A stretch of 64,000 nt of DNA from Escherichia coli 042 (lineage in GTDB: Bacteria > Pseudomonadota > Gammaproteobacteria > Enterobacterales > Enterobacteriaceae), in the NCBI RefSeq assembly GCF_000027125.1, contig NC_017626.1. One strand, 5' to 3'. Below the pieces are notes generated by a model. That model worked only from the letters and a program-made list of their open reading frames with translations, ran no database searches and was not told where the DNA came from. Position numbers and translations under genes: made by a program. This document shows positions 50,455-59,330 of the stretch, one piece after another; positions within the stretch are counted from its first letter, which is position 1, and each line of letters opens with the position of its first letter.

Positions 50455-50863
50455 ACGGTATAAAAACGGGGCTGGGATCACGCCGGGTGAGCACATTATC
50501 AGTGCCGATTCTGCGCTCAGCAGAAATATCCGGCATTGTTTCTGTCTTTCCTGTCGTGGCCGGTTGATTTTGCAGACAGATGCTCAGGGGGCGTGGTTTG
50601 AGCACGATTTACATGCCCTGAGCGCGCAACAGAAGGCGGCCTGCGTGGTGCTGAATCCGGAAAAATCCCATCCTTACATTGATGATATGGCGATGTTTTT
50701 ATCGCCATTACCTGTCGTGCTGGAGTGGCATTGTGTGATGTGCGGGCAGCATTTTTCCGGGAAAAAGTTCTGTGAAGCCTGTGGCACGGGGATTTATTGC
50801 AGAGCGGCATGTACGAAGTATGTTTACAGATACCAGCCAGATTTGCTCCGGGACCAGGAGTGA
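50390..50863 (+). CDS. Cys/His-rich zinc-ribbon protein, paralogous module B; start uncertain (the first ATG lies 65 nt inside module A in another frame)
   Basis: CFCLSC...WFEH...WHCVMCGQHFSGKKFCEACG parallels module A. Confidence 0.45.
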   Translation: MGSSTAHTVIQGASVRRWLQNERYKNGAGITPGEHIISADSALSRNIRHCFCLSCRGRLILQTDAQGAWFEHDLHALSAQQKAACVVLNPEKSHPYIDDMAMFLSPLPVVLEWHCVMCGQHFSGKKFCEACGTGIYCRAACTKYVYRYQPDLLRDQE

Positions 50864-51135
50864 GGGAGATGCGACATAATTACTTGATCATGCCAGTCAT
50901 GCCCCTGCCGGATCCGGATGTGGTCCGGCGCTTTGTTCCGCGGACGGTGGCTCACTGGCTGTGTCTGCTGATGATCCTCTTTATGCGACATTCAGACAGG
51001 GGAGACATCGATAAACATCATCATCTGCGGGCAAATAGTTACACAGAATGATCATTGCTACCGGTTATGGCAAAACTTGGTGATGACCAGGTGAACCATC
51101 GGTGCTTCCGTTGATTCTTATGGACTGATAAAGTT

Positions 51136-51795
51136 TTGTCAGCTGAATCTTTATACGGAATGCTCTTCAGTATGCGTACACAAATTGACTATCTGGCGGA
51201 TAAATACTGTTTTACAGAACGGAACGAATCGCCCCGTCTTCGCCAGCAGTGGCAGGATGTTCTGGAGGAGTGCCGGCAGACAGAGGCCGGGCCAGAAGAA
51301 CGGCTGCGTATTGCACTGCTGAATGTGGATTACGTCACCAGTTTTGAACTGCCTTTTCGCTTGTTGCTTACCCGTACACCACAACTGATTGCTGCGCTGC
51401 GTGAAGAATGGGGAATCAGCCAGAAAAATGTGGTGTTTAACGATAAACGGTTTGGCTGCGTGTACAGCCTGAAGGCCAGCCTTTCTGGTGTGCCGGATAC
51501 ATTCCGGTATCATCTGTCTCATCGTATTCGTCGCGTGGTTGGGAATGAAAACACATCATTGCCATATCAGCAGGTTGCCCGGGAAGTGAAAGCGCCCCGT
51601 GAACGGCTGAAGTATGCACTGGAGGCGGGTTTACTGGTGACTGCACTGGACGGCCTGTTCTGGTTTGGCAGTCAGCGTATTGCGGCTGATGTTCTGAGGC
51701 TGAGAAAGGCCGGAATGCCGGTGGTGACCACGACCGTGGAGGTGCACGATAACCTGACAGGAACAACCCGCAAAGTACCGGCATACCATCTCTGA
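51136..51795 (+). CDS. Hypothetical protein (219 aa)
   Basis: Long ORF with typical coding composition; no family recognised. Confidence 0.45.
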   Translation: MSAESLYGMLFSMRTQIDYLADKYCFTERNESPRLRQQWQDVLEECRQTEAGPEERLRIALLNVDYVTSFELPFRLLLTRTPQLIAALREEWGISQKNVVFNDKRFGCVYSLKASLSGVPDTFRYHLSHRIRRVVGNENTSLPYQQVAREVKAPRERLKYALEAGLLVTALDGLFWFGSQRIAADVLRLRKAGMPVVTTTVEVHDNLTGTTRKVPAYHL

Positions 51796-51815
51796 TACAA
51801 CCATCAGGGGGAATA

Positions 51816-52124
51816 TTGCTCTGGCAGCAGCAGTACGACATTCTTTATACTTTATCCCCGTGCCTGAAAACATGTGCTAAGGAAACGGGAATGGCAAGGT
51901 CCGATTACGATATTATCAATCTGTCTCTGGAACATGAACTGAATGAGTGGCTGGCAGAGAGAGGTTATGCCGGACTGGTGGATAACCGGAACCGCCTGGC
52001 AGAGGTGGTTACCCGGAAATTGCAGGACAGCTTTTATATCAACGTTTCCTGGGATGCGCTGAACACAGCATACAGTGAACACCCGGAGTGGTTTTCAGGG
52101 CTTGTCTCCGGGGATGAGAATTAA
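51816..52124 (+). CDS. Hypothetical protein (102 aa; alternative start at MARSDYD, 51891)
   Basis: ORF following the 219-aa gene on the same strand. Confidence 0.35.
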   Translation: MLWQQQYDILYTLSPCLKTCAKETGMARSDYDIINLSLEHELNEWLAERGYAGLVDNRNRLAEVVTRKLQDSFYINVSWDALNTAYSEHPEWFSGLVSGDEN

Positions 52125-52176
52125 TAAGTGGATTATGCTGCCATCAGGCAATGTGATTGCCGGCAGGGATTTCGTT

Positions 52177-52368
52177 TTATTCTGTTTCTTCCCGGGGTTC
52201 GGGTTTGAATTTTCCCAGGAAGTTGTACATCGGTCGCATGCAGGGATGCGGATAGCCGTCCCGCATAAACACCACCCGGGTTTCCTCAACACTGGTCACG
52301 GTGACAAGCGCACCATGATCGTCTCTGTATCGCTGATTGATTTTCGGTAATGGAATATCTTCTGACAT
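52177..52368 (-). CDS. Hypothetical small protein (63 aa)
   Basis: ORF with a plausible RBS; no family recognised. Confidence 0.3.
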   Translation of the reverse strand: MSEDIPLPKINQRYRDDHGALVTVTSVEETRVVFMRDGYPHPCMRPMYNFLGKFKPEPREETE

Positions 52369-52744
52369 AGATTTCAGAACGGTAACAGTTAACTAAATTT
52401 TCATGTGGTAGCACTGAATCAGGAGTCTCTGCCTCCTGATGTGTTTTGTTAATCTTCTGTTTTTACTAGAAATCCCCTCACTCCTTCTTTCATTGCATTT
52501 TGTTGGGCCCTTCCTCCATATCTTTCCCGCTTTCCAGAAATCACGTCAATGCTGCTGAAACTTTACTCATTGTGATTTTCAATGACTGAAATCAAGAAAA
52601 TACAGTGTTTATGTTAACTGGCTGTATCAAAAGTGTTTTGTGGAATAATTTTCTGTATTTTTACATTAACAATGGTTATAAGCTTTGAATATTCATTATT
52701 TTGCGACATTCCATAGAATAAAGTCCTGATTATTTGCATTATAT

Positions 52745-52797
52745 CGATCGATGTATCTGTTATATTGAGATTTTTCAGATCTTCGTCCTATAATGAT
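52745..52797 (+). promoter_or_regulatory. Putative T6SS (sci-1-like) promoter: -10 TATAAT (52788-52793), Fur-box-like ATAATGATCAAAATTA, three GATC sites (52745, 52777, 52794)
   Basis: AT-rich 470-bp region upstream of tssB; GATC overlaps the -10/Fur-like element. Confidence 0.5.
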
Positions 52798-52874
52798 CAA
52801 AATTAAATCAGTGCACAAGGGGAGGCATCTGCGGTGATGGAACCCCTGAGATGCAGGTTTCACAGGAGAGAGCC

Positions 52875-53372
52875 ATGAGCAGTTCGTTTCAGAATGAAAT
52901 CCCGAAAGCAAGGGTAAATCTGAAATTAGACCTACATACGGGTGGTGGGCAGAAGAAAGTGGAGCTTCCGCTCAAACTTCTGGTTGCCGGTGATTTCAGT
53001 AACGGACAGGAAGAGCGTCCACTGTCAGAGCGTGTAAAAACGGATATTAATAAAAACAATTTTAATGATGTTCTGGCAGATATCTCCCCGTCTGTACATC
53101 TGAATGTGGAGAACACGCTTGCCGGTGATGGCTCTGAAGAGAGCATCAGCCTGACTTTCCGCAATATGAACGATTTCACGCCAGAGCAGGTCGCCCGACA
53201 GATTCCCCGTCTTAAAGCCATGCTGGCCATGCGTAGCCTTCTGCGGGACCTGAAAGCCAATCTGCTGGATAACGTGACTTTCCGTAAAGAGCTGGAAAAA
53301 ATTCTGCGTGACCCGGCACTGAGTCAGACGCTGCGTGATGAACTGCGTGCACTGGTGCCGGAAAAGGCGTGA
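52875..53372 (+). CDS. tssB: T6SS contractile sheath small subunit TssB/VipA (165 aa from MSSSFQNEIPKARVNLKLDL)
   Basis: Conserved TssB sequence; RBS AGGAGAGAG 5 nt upstream. Confidence 0.92.
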   Translation: MSSSFQNEIPKARVNLKLDLHTGGGQKKVELPLKLLVAGDFSNGQEERPLSERVKTDINKNNFNDVLADISPSVHLNVENTLAGDGSEESISLTFRNMNDFTPEQVARQIPRLKAMLAMRSLLRDLKANLLDNVTFRKELEKILRDPALSQTLRDELRALVPEKA

Positions 53373-53393
53373 TTTAACGGATTACGAGAGAAA

Positions 53394-54938
53394 ATGCTGA
53401 TGTCTGTACAGAAAGAAAAGAACGTTGCAGAGAGCGTGGTATCTGAAGCGCATGCCGGCGACAGCGTATATGCTTCCCTGTTTGAAAAAATTAACCTGAG
53501 TCCGGTATCTGCCCTGAGTGCACTGGATATCTGGCAGGATCCACAGGCCATGTCAGAAGCATCTGCAGATGAACGTCTGACGGCAGGGATGCAGGTGTTT
53601 ATGGAGTGTCTGGCAAAAGCCGGCACGCAGGTGGAAAAACTCGATAAAGCGCTGATTGACCATCATATTGCAGAGCTTGATTATCAGATCAGCCGTCAAC
53701 TGGATGCTGTGCTTCATCATCCGGAATTTCAGAAAGTGGAGTCGCTGTGGCGGGGCGTGAAGTCCCTGGTGGATAAAACGGACTTCCGCCGTAATGTGAA
53801 AATTGAGCTGCTGGATCTGTCCAAAGACGATCTGCGTCAGGATTTTGAGGATGCGCCGGAAATTATTCAGAGCGGCCTTTATCTGCAGACCTATGTGGCT
53901 GAGTATGACACGCCGGGTGGTGAGCCCATTGCCGCCCTGGTTTCAGCCTGGGAGTTTGATGCATCTGCACAGGACGTGGCGTTGCTGAAAAATATTTCCC
54001 GGGTGGCGGCATCTGCACATATGCCGTTTATTGGTTCAGTTGGCCCGGCGTTCTTCCAGAAAGAAACCATGGAAGAGGTGGCTGCCATCAAGGATATTGG
54101 CAACCACTTTGAGCGTGCCGAGTACATCAAGTGGAATGCTTTCCGTGAGACGGACGATGCCCGCTATATTGGCCTGGTGATGCCCCGTGTACTGGGACGC
54201 CTGCCGTATGGCCCGGATACCGTACCTGTCCGCAGCTTTAACTATGTTGAAGAGGTGAAAGGACCGGACCACCATAAATATCTCTGGACGAACGCGTCTT
54301 TTGCCTTTGCAGCCAACATGGTGCGCAGTTTTGTCACCAACGGCTGGTGTGTTCAGATCCGTGGGCCTCAGGCCGGTGGTGCGGTGCAGGATTTGCCAAT
54401 CCATTTGTATGATCTGGGAACCGGTAATCAGGTCAAAATTCCGTCAGAGGTGATGATCCCGGAAACGCGGGAGTTTGAATTCGCGAATCTGGGCTTTATT
54501 CCGCTCTCTTACTACAAGAACCGGGATTATGCCTGCTTCTTCTCTGCTAACTCCGCCCAGAAACCGGCGCTGTACGATACGCCGGATGCAACGGCGAACA
54601 GTCGTATTAATGCCCGTCTTCCCTATATCTTCCTGCTGTCCCGTATTGCGCATTACCTGAAGATCATTCAGCGGGAAAATATCGGTACCACCAAAGATCG
54701 CCGTCTGCTTGAGCTGGAGCTGAATAACTGGATCCGGGGACTGGTGACGGAGATGACCGATCCGGGTGATGAACTGCAGGCCTCGCATCCGCTGCGTGAC
54801 GGAAAAGTGGTGGTGGAAGATATCGAAGACAATCCGGGATTCTTCCGCGTGAAACTCTACGCCGTACCGCATTTCCAGGTAGAAGGTATGGACGTCAGCC
54901 TGTCACTGGTTTCGCAGATGCCGAAGGCAAAAGCGTAA
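53394..54938 (+). CDS. tssC: T6SS contractile sheath large subunit TssC/VipB (514 aa)
   Basis: Length and conserved TssC sequence. Confidence 0.95.
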   Translation: MLMSVQKEKNVAESVVSEAHAGDSVYASLFEKINLSPVSALSALDIWQDPQAMSEASADERLTAGMQVFMECLAKAGTQVEKLDKALIDHHIAELDYQISRQLDAVLHHPEFQKVESLWRGVKSLVDKTDFRRNVKIELLDLSKDDLRQDFEDAPEIIQSGLYLQTYVAEYDTPGGEPIAALVSAWEFDASAQDVALLKNISRVAASAHMPFIGSVGPAFFQKETMEEVAAIKDIGNHFERAEYIKWNAFRETDDARYIGLVMPRVLGRLPYGPDTVPVRSFNYVEEVKGPDHHKYLWTNASFAFAANMVRSFVTNGWCVQIRGPQAGGAVQDLPIHLYDLGTGNQVKIPSEVMIPETREFEFANLGFIPLSYYKNRDYACFFSANSAQKPALYDTPDATANSRINARLPYIFLLSRIAHYLKIIQRENIGTTKDRRLLELELNNWIRGLVTEMTDPGDELQASHPLRDGKVVVEDIEDNPGFFRVKLYAVPHFQVEGMDVSLSLVSQMPKAKA

Positions 54939-54953
54939 GGCAGGTGTCGGGAA

Positions 54954-56291
54954 ATGAAGATTTATCGCCCATTATGGGAAGACGGGGCTTTTCTGATGCC
55001 CCAGCAGTTTCAGCAGCAGGCTGCCTGGGATGTTCATCTGGCAGACAGCGTTGCCAGAATGGGGCTGGCGCATCCATGGGGCGTGGTGGCTGCAGAGTTT
55101 GATGACTCTCTGTTACCGCTTTCACGGTTGAATGCCACCCGTCTGATTGTTCGTTTCCCGGACGGAACGCTTATTGATACGGAACGCGCGGATAATCTGC
55201 CTCCGGTCTGTGATTTATCGACGGTTTCTGATCGTTCCCTGGTGGATATTGTGCTGGCACTACCGTTACTGAATGCTAACGGTGGCAACCTTGATAATGG
55301 CAGTGAGAGCGAGCGTCCGCGTCGCTGGAAATCAGAAAGGGTGAATGTGCAGGAGCTGGCCGGGCATGAGCAAAGCGAAGTGGCGGTATTGCGGCATAAC
55401 CTGACTCTGCGCATGGCTCATCAGGAAAATGCTGCCTGGCTGACCTGTCCCGTTACCCGTCTTGTTCGTGATGCACAGGGACAGTGGTGCAGGGACCCGC
55501 GTTTTATTCCCCCTCTGCTGACGCTGTCTGCCAGTCCTTCGCTGATGACTGAACTTGCGGAGTTGCTTCATCACCTGCAGGCGCGTCGCCAGCGACTGAT
55601 GTCCATGCGTCGGGAGAACAATGCCCGTCTTGCGGATTTTGCTGTGGCGGACGTGTCGTTGTTCTGGTTGCTGAATGCCCTGAACAGTGCGGAGCCTGTT
55701 CTGAAAGAGTTGCTTGACATGCCTTACCGCCACCCGGAACTGTTGTACAGGGAGCTTGCCCGGCTGGCAGGCTCCCTGCTCACATTCTCGCTTGAGCATA
55801 ATGTGGATGCGGTTCCGGCATACCATCATGAAACACCTGAAAATGTTTTCCCACCATTGCTTTCTTTGCTGAACCGGCTGCTGGAGGCAAGCCTGCCTTC
55901 CCGTGTGGTTTTCATTGAACTGAAACAAAAGGGTGTGATGTGGGAGGGGGCATTACATGATGCGCGTCTGCGCGAAGGGGCTGATTTCTGGCTTTCAGTG
56001 CGCTCTTCCATGCCCGGGCATGAACTGCAGACGAAGTTTCCGCAGCTATGCAAAGCCGGGAGCCCCGATGATGTGTCTGAGGTGGTGAATGTGGCGCTGA
56101 GCGGGGTCATTATCCGTCCGGTTACGCATGTACCGGCGGCCATTCCGCTCCGGCTGGAAAACCAGTATTTCGCGCTGGATTTAAGTACGGATGCGGCCCG
56201 GGCGATGCTGGACGCGGGGCGTTGTACTTTCTACACCCCGGCATCGCTGGGAGATGTGAAACTGGAACTTTTTGCGGTGCTGCGGACATGA
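54954..56291 (+). CDS. tssK: T6SS baseplate protein TssK (445 aa)
   Basis: ImpJ/VasE-family sequence; ATGA overlap with tssL. Confidence 0.9.
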   Translation: MKIYRPLWEDGAFLMPQQFQQQAAWDVHLADSVARMGLAHPWGVVAAEFDDSLLPLSRLNATRLIVRFPDGTLIDTERADNLPPVCDLSTVSDRSLVDIVLALPLLNANGGNLDNGSESERPRRWKSERVNVQELAGHEQSEVAVLRHNLTLRMAHQENAAWLTCPVTRLVRDAQGQWCRDPRFIPPLLTLSASPSLMTELAELLHHLQARRQRLMSMRRENNARLADFAVADVSLFWLLNALNSAEPVLKELLDMPYRHPELLYRELARLAGSLLTFSLEHNVDAVPAYHHETPENVFPPLLSLLNRLLEASLPSRVVFIELKQKGVMWEGALHDARLREGADFWLSVRSSMPGHELQTKFPQLCKAGSPDDVSEVVNVALSGVIIRPVTHVPAAIPLRLENQYFALDLSTDAARAMLDAGRCTFYTPASLGDVKLELFAVLRT

Positions 56292-56941
56292 ATAAACCTG
56301 TTATCTCCCGGGCTGAACAGATTTTTTATCCCGGCTGGCTGATGGTCAGCCAGCTGCGCAGCGGGCAACCGGTTGAGGATGGTAAGGCCCTGTATCGCCG
56401 TGCCTGTCAGCTGGTGAAACAGGCGCGTGAAGAGCTGGCCGAAGCAGGATTCAGTCAGAAAAGCAGTGACATCATGTTGTATGCCTTCTGCGCCCTGCTG
56501 GACGAGAGTGTACTGAACCGCGAAAAAACAGACGATGGCTGGCGCACCTGGCAGCAGGACCCGCTGCAGGCTCATTTTTTTGGTACGCTCAATGCCGGTG
56601 AAGAGCTCTGGGAGCGTATTCGTGAACAACTGAAATTACCAGCGCCGGATGTGGCGGTACTGACATGCCTCTGCCGTACGCTTCAGCTCGGTTTTACCGG
56701 TCAGTACCGGTCGCAGGATGATGAGCGTCGCGAAGATGTAATACGCGCACTGACAGCGCGTGTTCCTGCATTTACTTTCGCACAGGATGCGCCGGTGGTG
56801 GTGCGTGCACCGGGTTACCGTGCTGGCAGAACGATGTACTGGTTGTCATGGGGGGCGGGTATTGTGACGCTGGCTGGTCTCTGGTGTGTGCTTTCTTCTG
56901 TGCTTGCAGACCAGGTGGCACGGCTTACCGGGCAGGGATAA
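56288..56941 (+). CDS. tssL: T6SS membrane-complex protein TssL (DotU family, 217 aa from MNKPVISRAEQIF)
   Basis: DotU-like cytoplasmic domain plus a C-terminal TM helix. The ORF-track start at 56222 lies inside tssK. Confidence 0.85.
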   Translation: MNKPVISRAEQIFYPGWLMVSQLRSGQPVEDGKALYRRACQLVKQAREELAEAGFSQKSSDIMLYAFCALLDESVLNREKTDDGWRTWQQDPLQAHFFGTLNAGEELWERIREQLKLPAPDVAVLTCLCRTLQLGFTGQYRSQDDERREDVIRALTARVPAFTFAQDAPVVVRAPGYRAGRTMYWLSWGAGIVTLAGLWCVLSSVLADQVARLTGQG

Positions 56942-56943
56942 CC

Positions 56944-58674
56944 ATGCACGTACGTTCCCGTCTCTGGCTGACAATACTGAGTCTGTTCCTGACACTGTGG
57001 CTGATTTCGGGATTCCTGCCGCTGTCTGCAGTAAACCAGATAATACTGACCCTGGTTTCAGTTGTGGCGGCGGGGCTTGTGCTGTGGTACCAGTGGCGTT
57101 GTCTGTCTTCCCGTCGTGATATCCCGGAGAAGGCCGGCGATGACGGTCTGCCGCCTGAGTATTTTCAGGGACATGTGCTGCTTGTTGCCGGAAACTCAGA
57201 TGCGTGGTTCGAACCCGGTCAGGCATACCGGGAAACAGCATCGGGATGGTATCTTCGTGTGGATACGCCGGAGCAGATGAGAATACTGGCAGAACGGTTG
57301 TCGTACAGCCGTCCGGCCCTGTGTGGCCAGGTCGTGGTCATGCTGGGACTTTTACCGGAGCAGCATACCTCAGATGAAGCTTTCCTGTCGTGGTTGCGGA
57401 ACTGGCAGCGTGCAGTCATGCAGTGCCGGCAGTGGCTGAATACCACGCCACCGGTGCTGGTTACATTGATGGTTTCAGAGCCGTCACCACAAAACACATC
57501 CTTAAATAAGCACTCTACACACTGGTTTACACTGACACCGGACCTGCCGGGAATGCATATACGCCTGACGGAAGCCGGAGCAATTCCGGCAGAGGAATGG
57601 CTGCAGGCGTGTGATGCAGCGTCCAGGCTCCGGTGCGTCAGTGAACTGTTATGGCTGAATGCCATGTTGTCCTGGTACAACCGGGTTACTGATGCCCTGA
57701 CAGCTATTTGCCGGCAGGAGCACTTTTATTTCCGGCCGGTTGCCGTTGGATTCTGTCTGACGTCGGTTGCGGCCCGCCCCGGTAATCTCTGGCAACAACA
57801 ACTGACGTCCCTCACTGCATTGCCACCGCCTGCCGGCGTGTCATCACAGGTATTGCCGTTGCCGGATATTCTGCTGTCCGGTATTCCCCGTCATCGTGGA
57901 CTCAGTCACTGGCACAGACTTTGTCGCCAGACGGGGGCGATTGTCGGTGTTTTTCTTCTGCTGGCTATGCTGGCGTCTTTTATGAATAACCAGCGGCTGG
58001 TTCGCAGCGTGGGGGAACACCTGACGGCCTGGCACCGGATGCGCGGATATTCATCTGAATCGAAAACAACAGCACTGCAACGTCTTCAGGCTGACAGCCA
58101 GTTACTGAACGACTGGCAGCAACGTGGTGTGCCACAGCGTTACGGACTGGGATTGTATCAGGGAATGTGGCTGATACCGCCGGTTGAGCGTGCGACTGGT
58201 GAGTGGGTTGCACCACGGCCTCCCCGTCCGGTGATACAGAAAGTTACTCAGACGCCGAAAACGGTTCGCCTTAACAGCCTGGCACTGTTTGATGCCGGTA
58301 AATGGACGCTGAAGCCGGGCGCCACAAAATGGCTGGTGAATGCCCTGGTGGATATTAAGGCAAAAGCAGGCTGGCTGATTGTGGTCAGTGGTCACACGGA
58401 TAATACCGGTGACCCGCTGCGCAACCAGGCCTTGTCCCTGAAGCGTGCAGAGGCCGTTCGCGACTGGATGCGGGATACCGGCGATATTCCCCAAAGCTGT
58501 TTTGCCGTACAGGGATACGGTGAAAGCCGCCCTGTGGCCCCGAATGACACGGCGGAAGGCCGTGCGCGTAACCGCCGTGTTGAAATCAGTCTGGTACCGC
58601 AGGCCGATGCCTGTCGTCTGCCGGACGTTTCCCCTGCGCCGGAAGAGGGCGCATCAGAAAACATAACGGAGTAA
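56944..58674 (+). CDS. tagL: TagL-like T6SS accessory protein with C-terminal OmpA/MotB peptidoglycan-binding domain (576 aa from MHVRSRLWLTIL)
   Basis: N-terminal TM helices; C-terminal ...VSGHTDNTGDPLRNQALSLKRAEAVRDWM...NRRVEISL OmpA-like motif. Position after tssL as in sci-1. Confidence 0.8.
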   Translation: MHVRSRLWLTILSLFLTLWLISGFLPLSAVNQIILTLVSVVAAGLVLWYQWRCLSSRRDIPEKAGDDGLPPEYFQGHVLLVAGNSDAWFEPGQAYRETASGWYLRVDTPEQMRILAERLSYSRPALCGQVVVMLGLLPEQHTSDEAFLSWLRNWQRAVMQCRQWLNTTPPVLVTLMVSEPSPQNTSLNKHSTHWFTLTPDLPGMHIRLTEAGAIPAEEWLQACDAASRLRCVSELLWLNAMLSWYNRVTDALTAICRQEHFYFRPVAVGFCLTSVAARPGNLWQQQLTSLTALPPPAGVSSQVLPLPDILLSGIPRHRGLSHWHRLCRQTGAIVGVFLLLAMLASFMNNQRLVRSVGEHLTAWHRMRGYSSESKTTALQRLQADSQLLNDWQQRGVPQRYGLGLYQGMWLIPPVERATGEWVAPRPPRPVIQKVTQTPKTVRLNSLALFDAGKWTLKPGATKWLVNALVDIKAKAGWLIVVSGHTDNTGDPLRNQALSLKRAEAVRDWMRDTGDIPQSCFAVQGYGESRPVAPNDTAEGRARNRRVEISLVPQADACRLPDVSPAPEEGASENITE

Positions 58675-58679
58675 TTTTT

Positions 58680-59171
58680 ATGGCAATTCCAGTTTATCTG
58701 TGGCTGAAAGATGATGGCGGTGCAGATATCAAAGGGTCCGTGGATGTTCAGGACCGTGAGGGCAGCATTGAGGTGGTGGCTCAGGAGCACTGCCTCTACA
58801 TCCCGACGGATAACAATACCGGTAAGCTGACCGGTACCCGTATTCACACGCCGTTTCTGTTTACCAAGGAAATTGATTCTTCCAGCCCGTACCTTTACAA
58901 GGCCGTGACCACCGGGCAGACCCTGAAGTCTGCTGAGTTTAAGTGGTACAAAATCAATGATGCCGGTCAGGAGGTGGAGTATTTCAATACGAAGCTTGAG
59001 AACGTGAAGGTGGTGAAGGTTAACCCGGTCATGCACGACATCAAGAATCCCGCTTACGAGAAGCATAACCACCTTGAGCAGGTGGAACTGCGCTACGAGA
59101 AAATCACCTGGACTTACAAGGACGGCAACATCATTCATTCCGACGCATGGAGTGAGCGTACCACCGCGTAA
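58680..59171 (+). CDS. hcp: Hcp (TssD) T6SS tube protein (163 aa)
   Basis: MAIPVYLWLKDDGGADIKGSVDV... canonical Hcp N-terminus. Confidence 0.95.
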   Translation: MAIPVYLWLKDDGGADIKGSVDVQDREGSIEVVAQEHCLYIPTDNNTGKLTGTRIHTPFLFTKEIDSSSPYLYKAVTTGQTLKSAEFKWYKINDAGQEVEYFNTKLENVKVVKVNPVMHDIKNPAYEKHNHLEQVELRYEKITWTYKDGNIIHSDAWSERTTA

Positions 59172-59330
59172 TTCTGCCGGACGGACAGGGCATCCTGTCC
59201 GTCATTTTTATTTTTTCTTCAGCATCTGTTGGCGGGTGCTGAAGAAAGAATTCTCAATCCTGAACACAGACCTGATGCGCCTGGGTTACGGCGAAGGGCG
59301 GTAGCGTGCCTGACGGTCTCCTGACAGTGA

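Noticed and set aside
58392-59138. 248-aa ORF on the - strand
   Set aside because: Antisense across the tagL 3' end and hcp; Hcp and TagL are confidently identified on the + strand.
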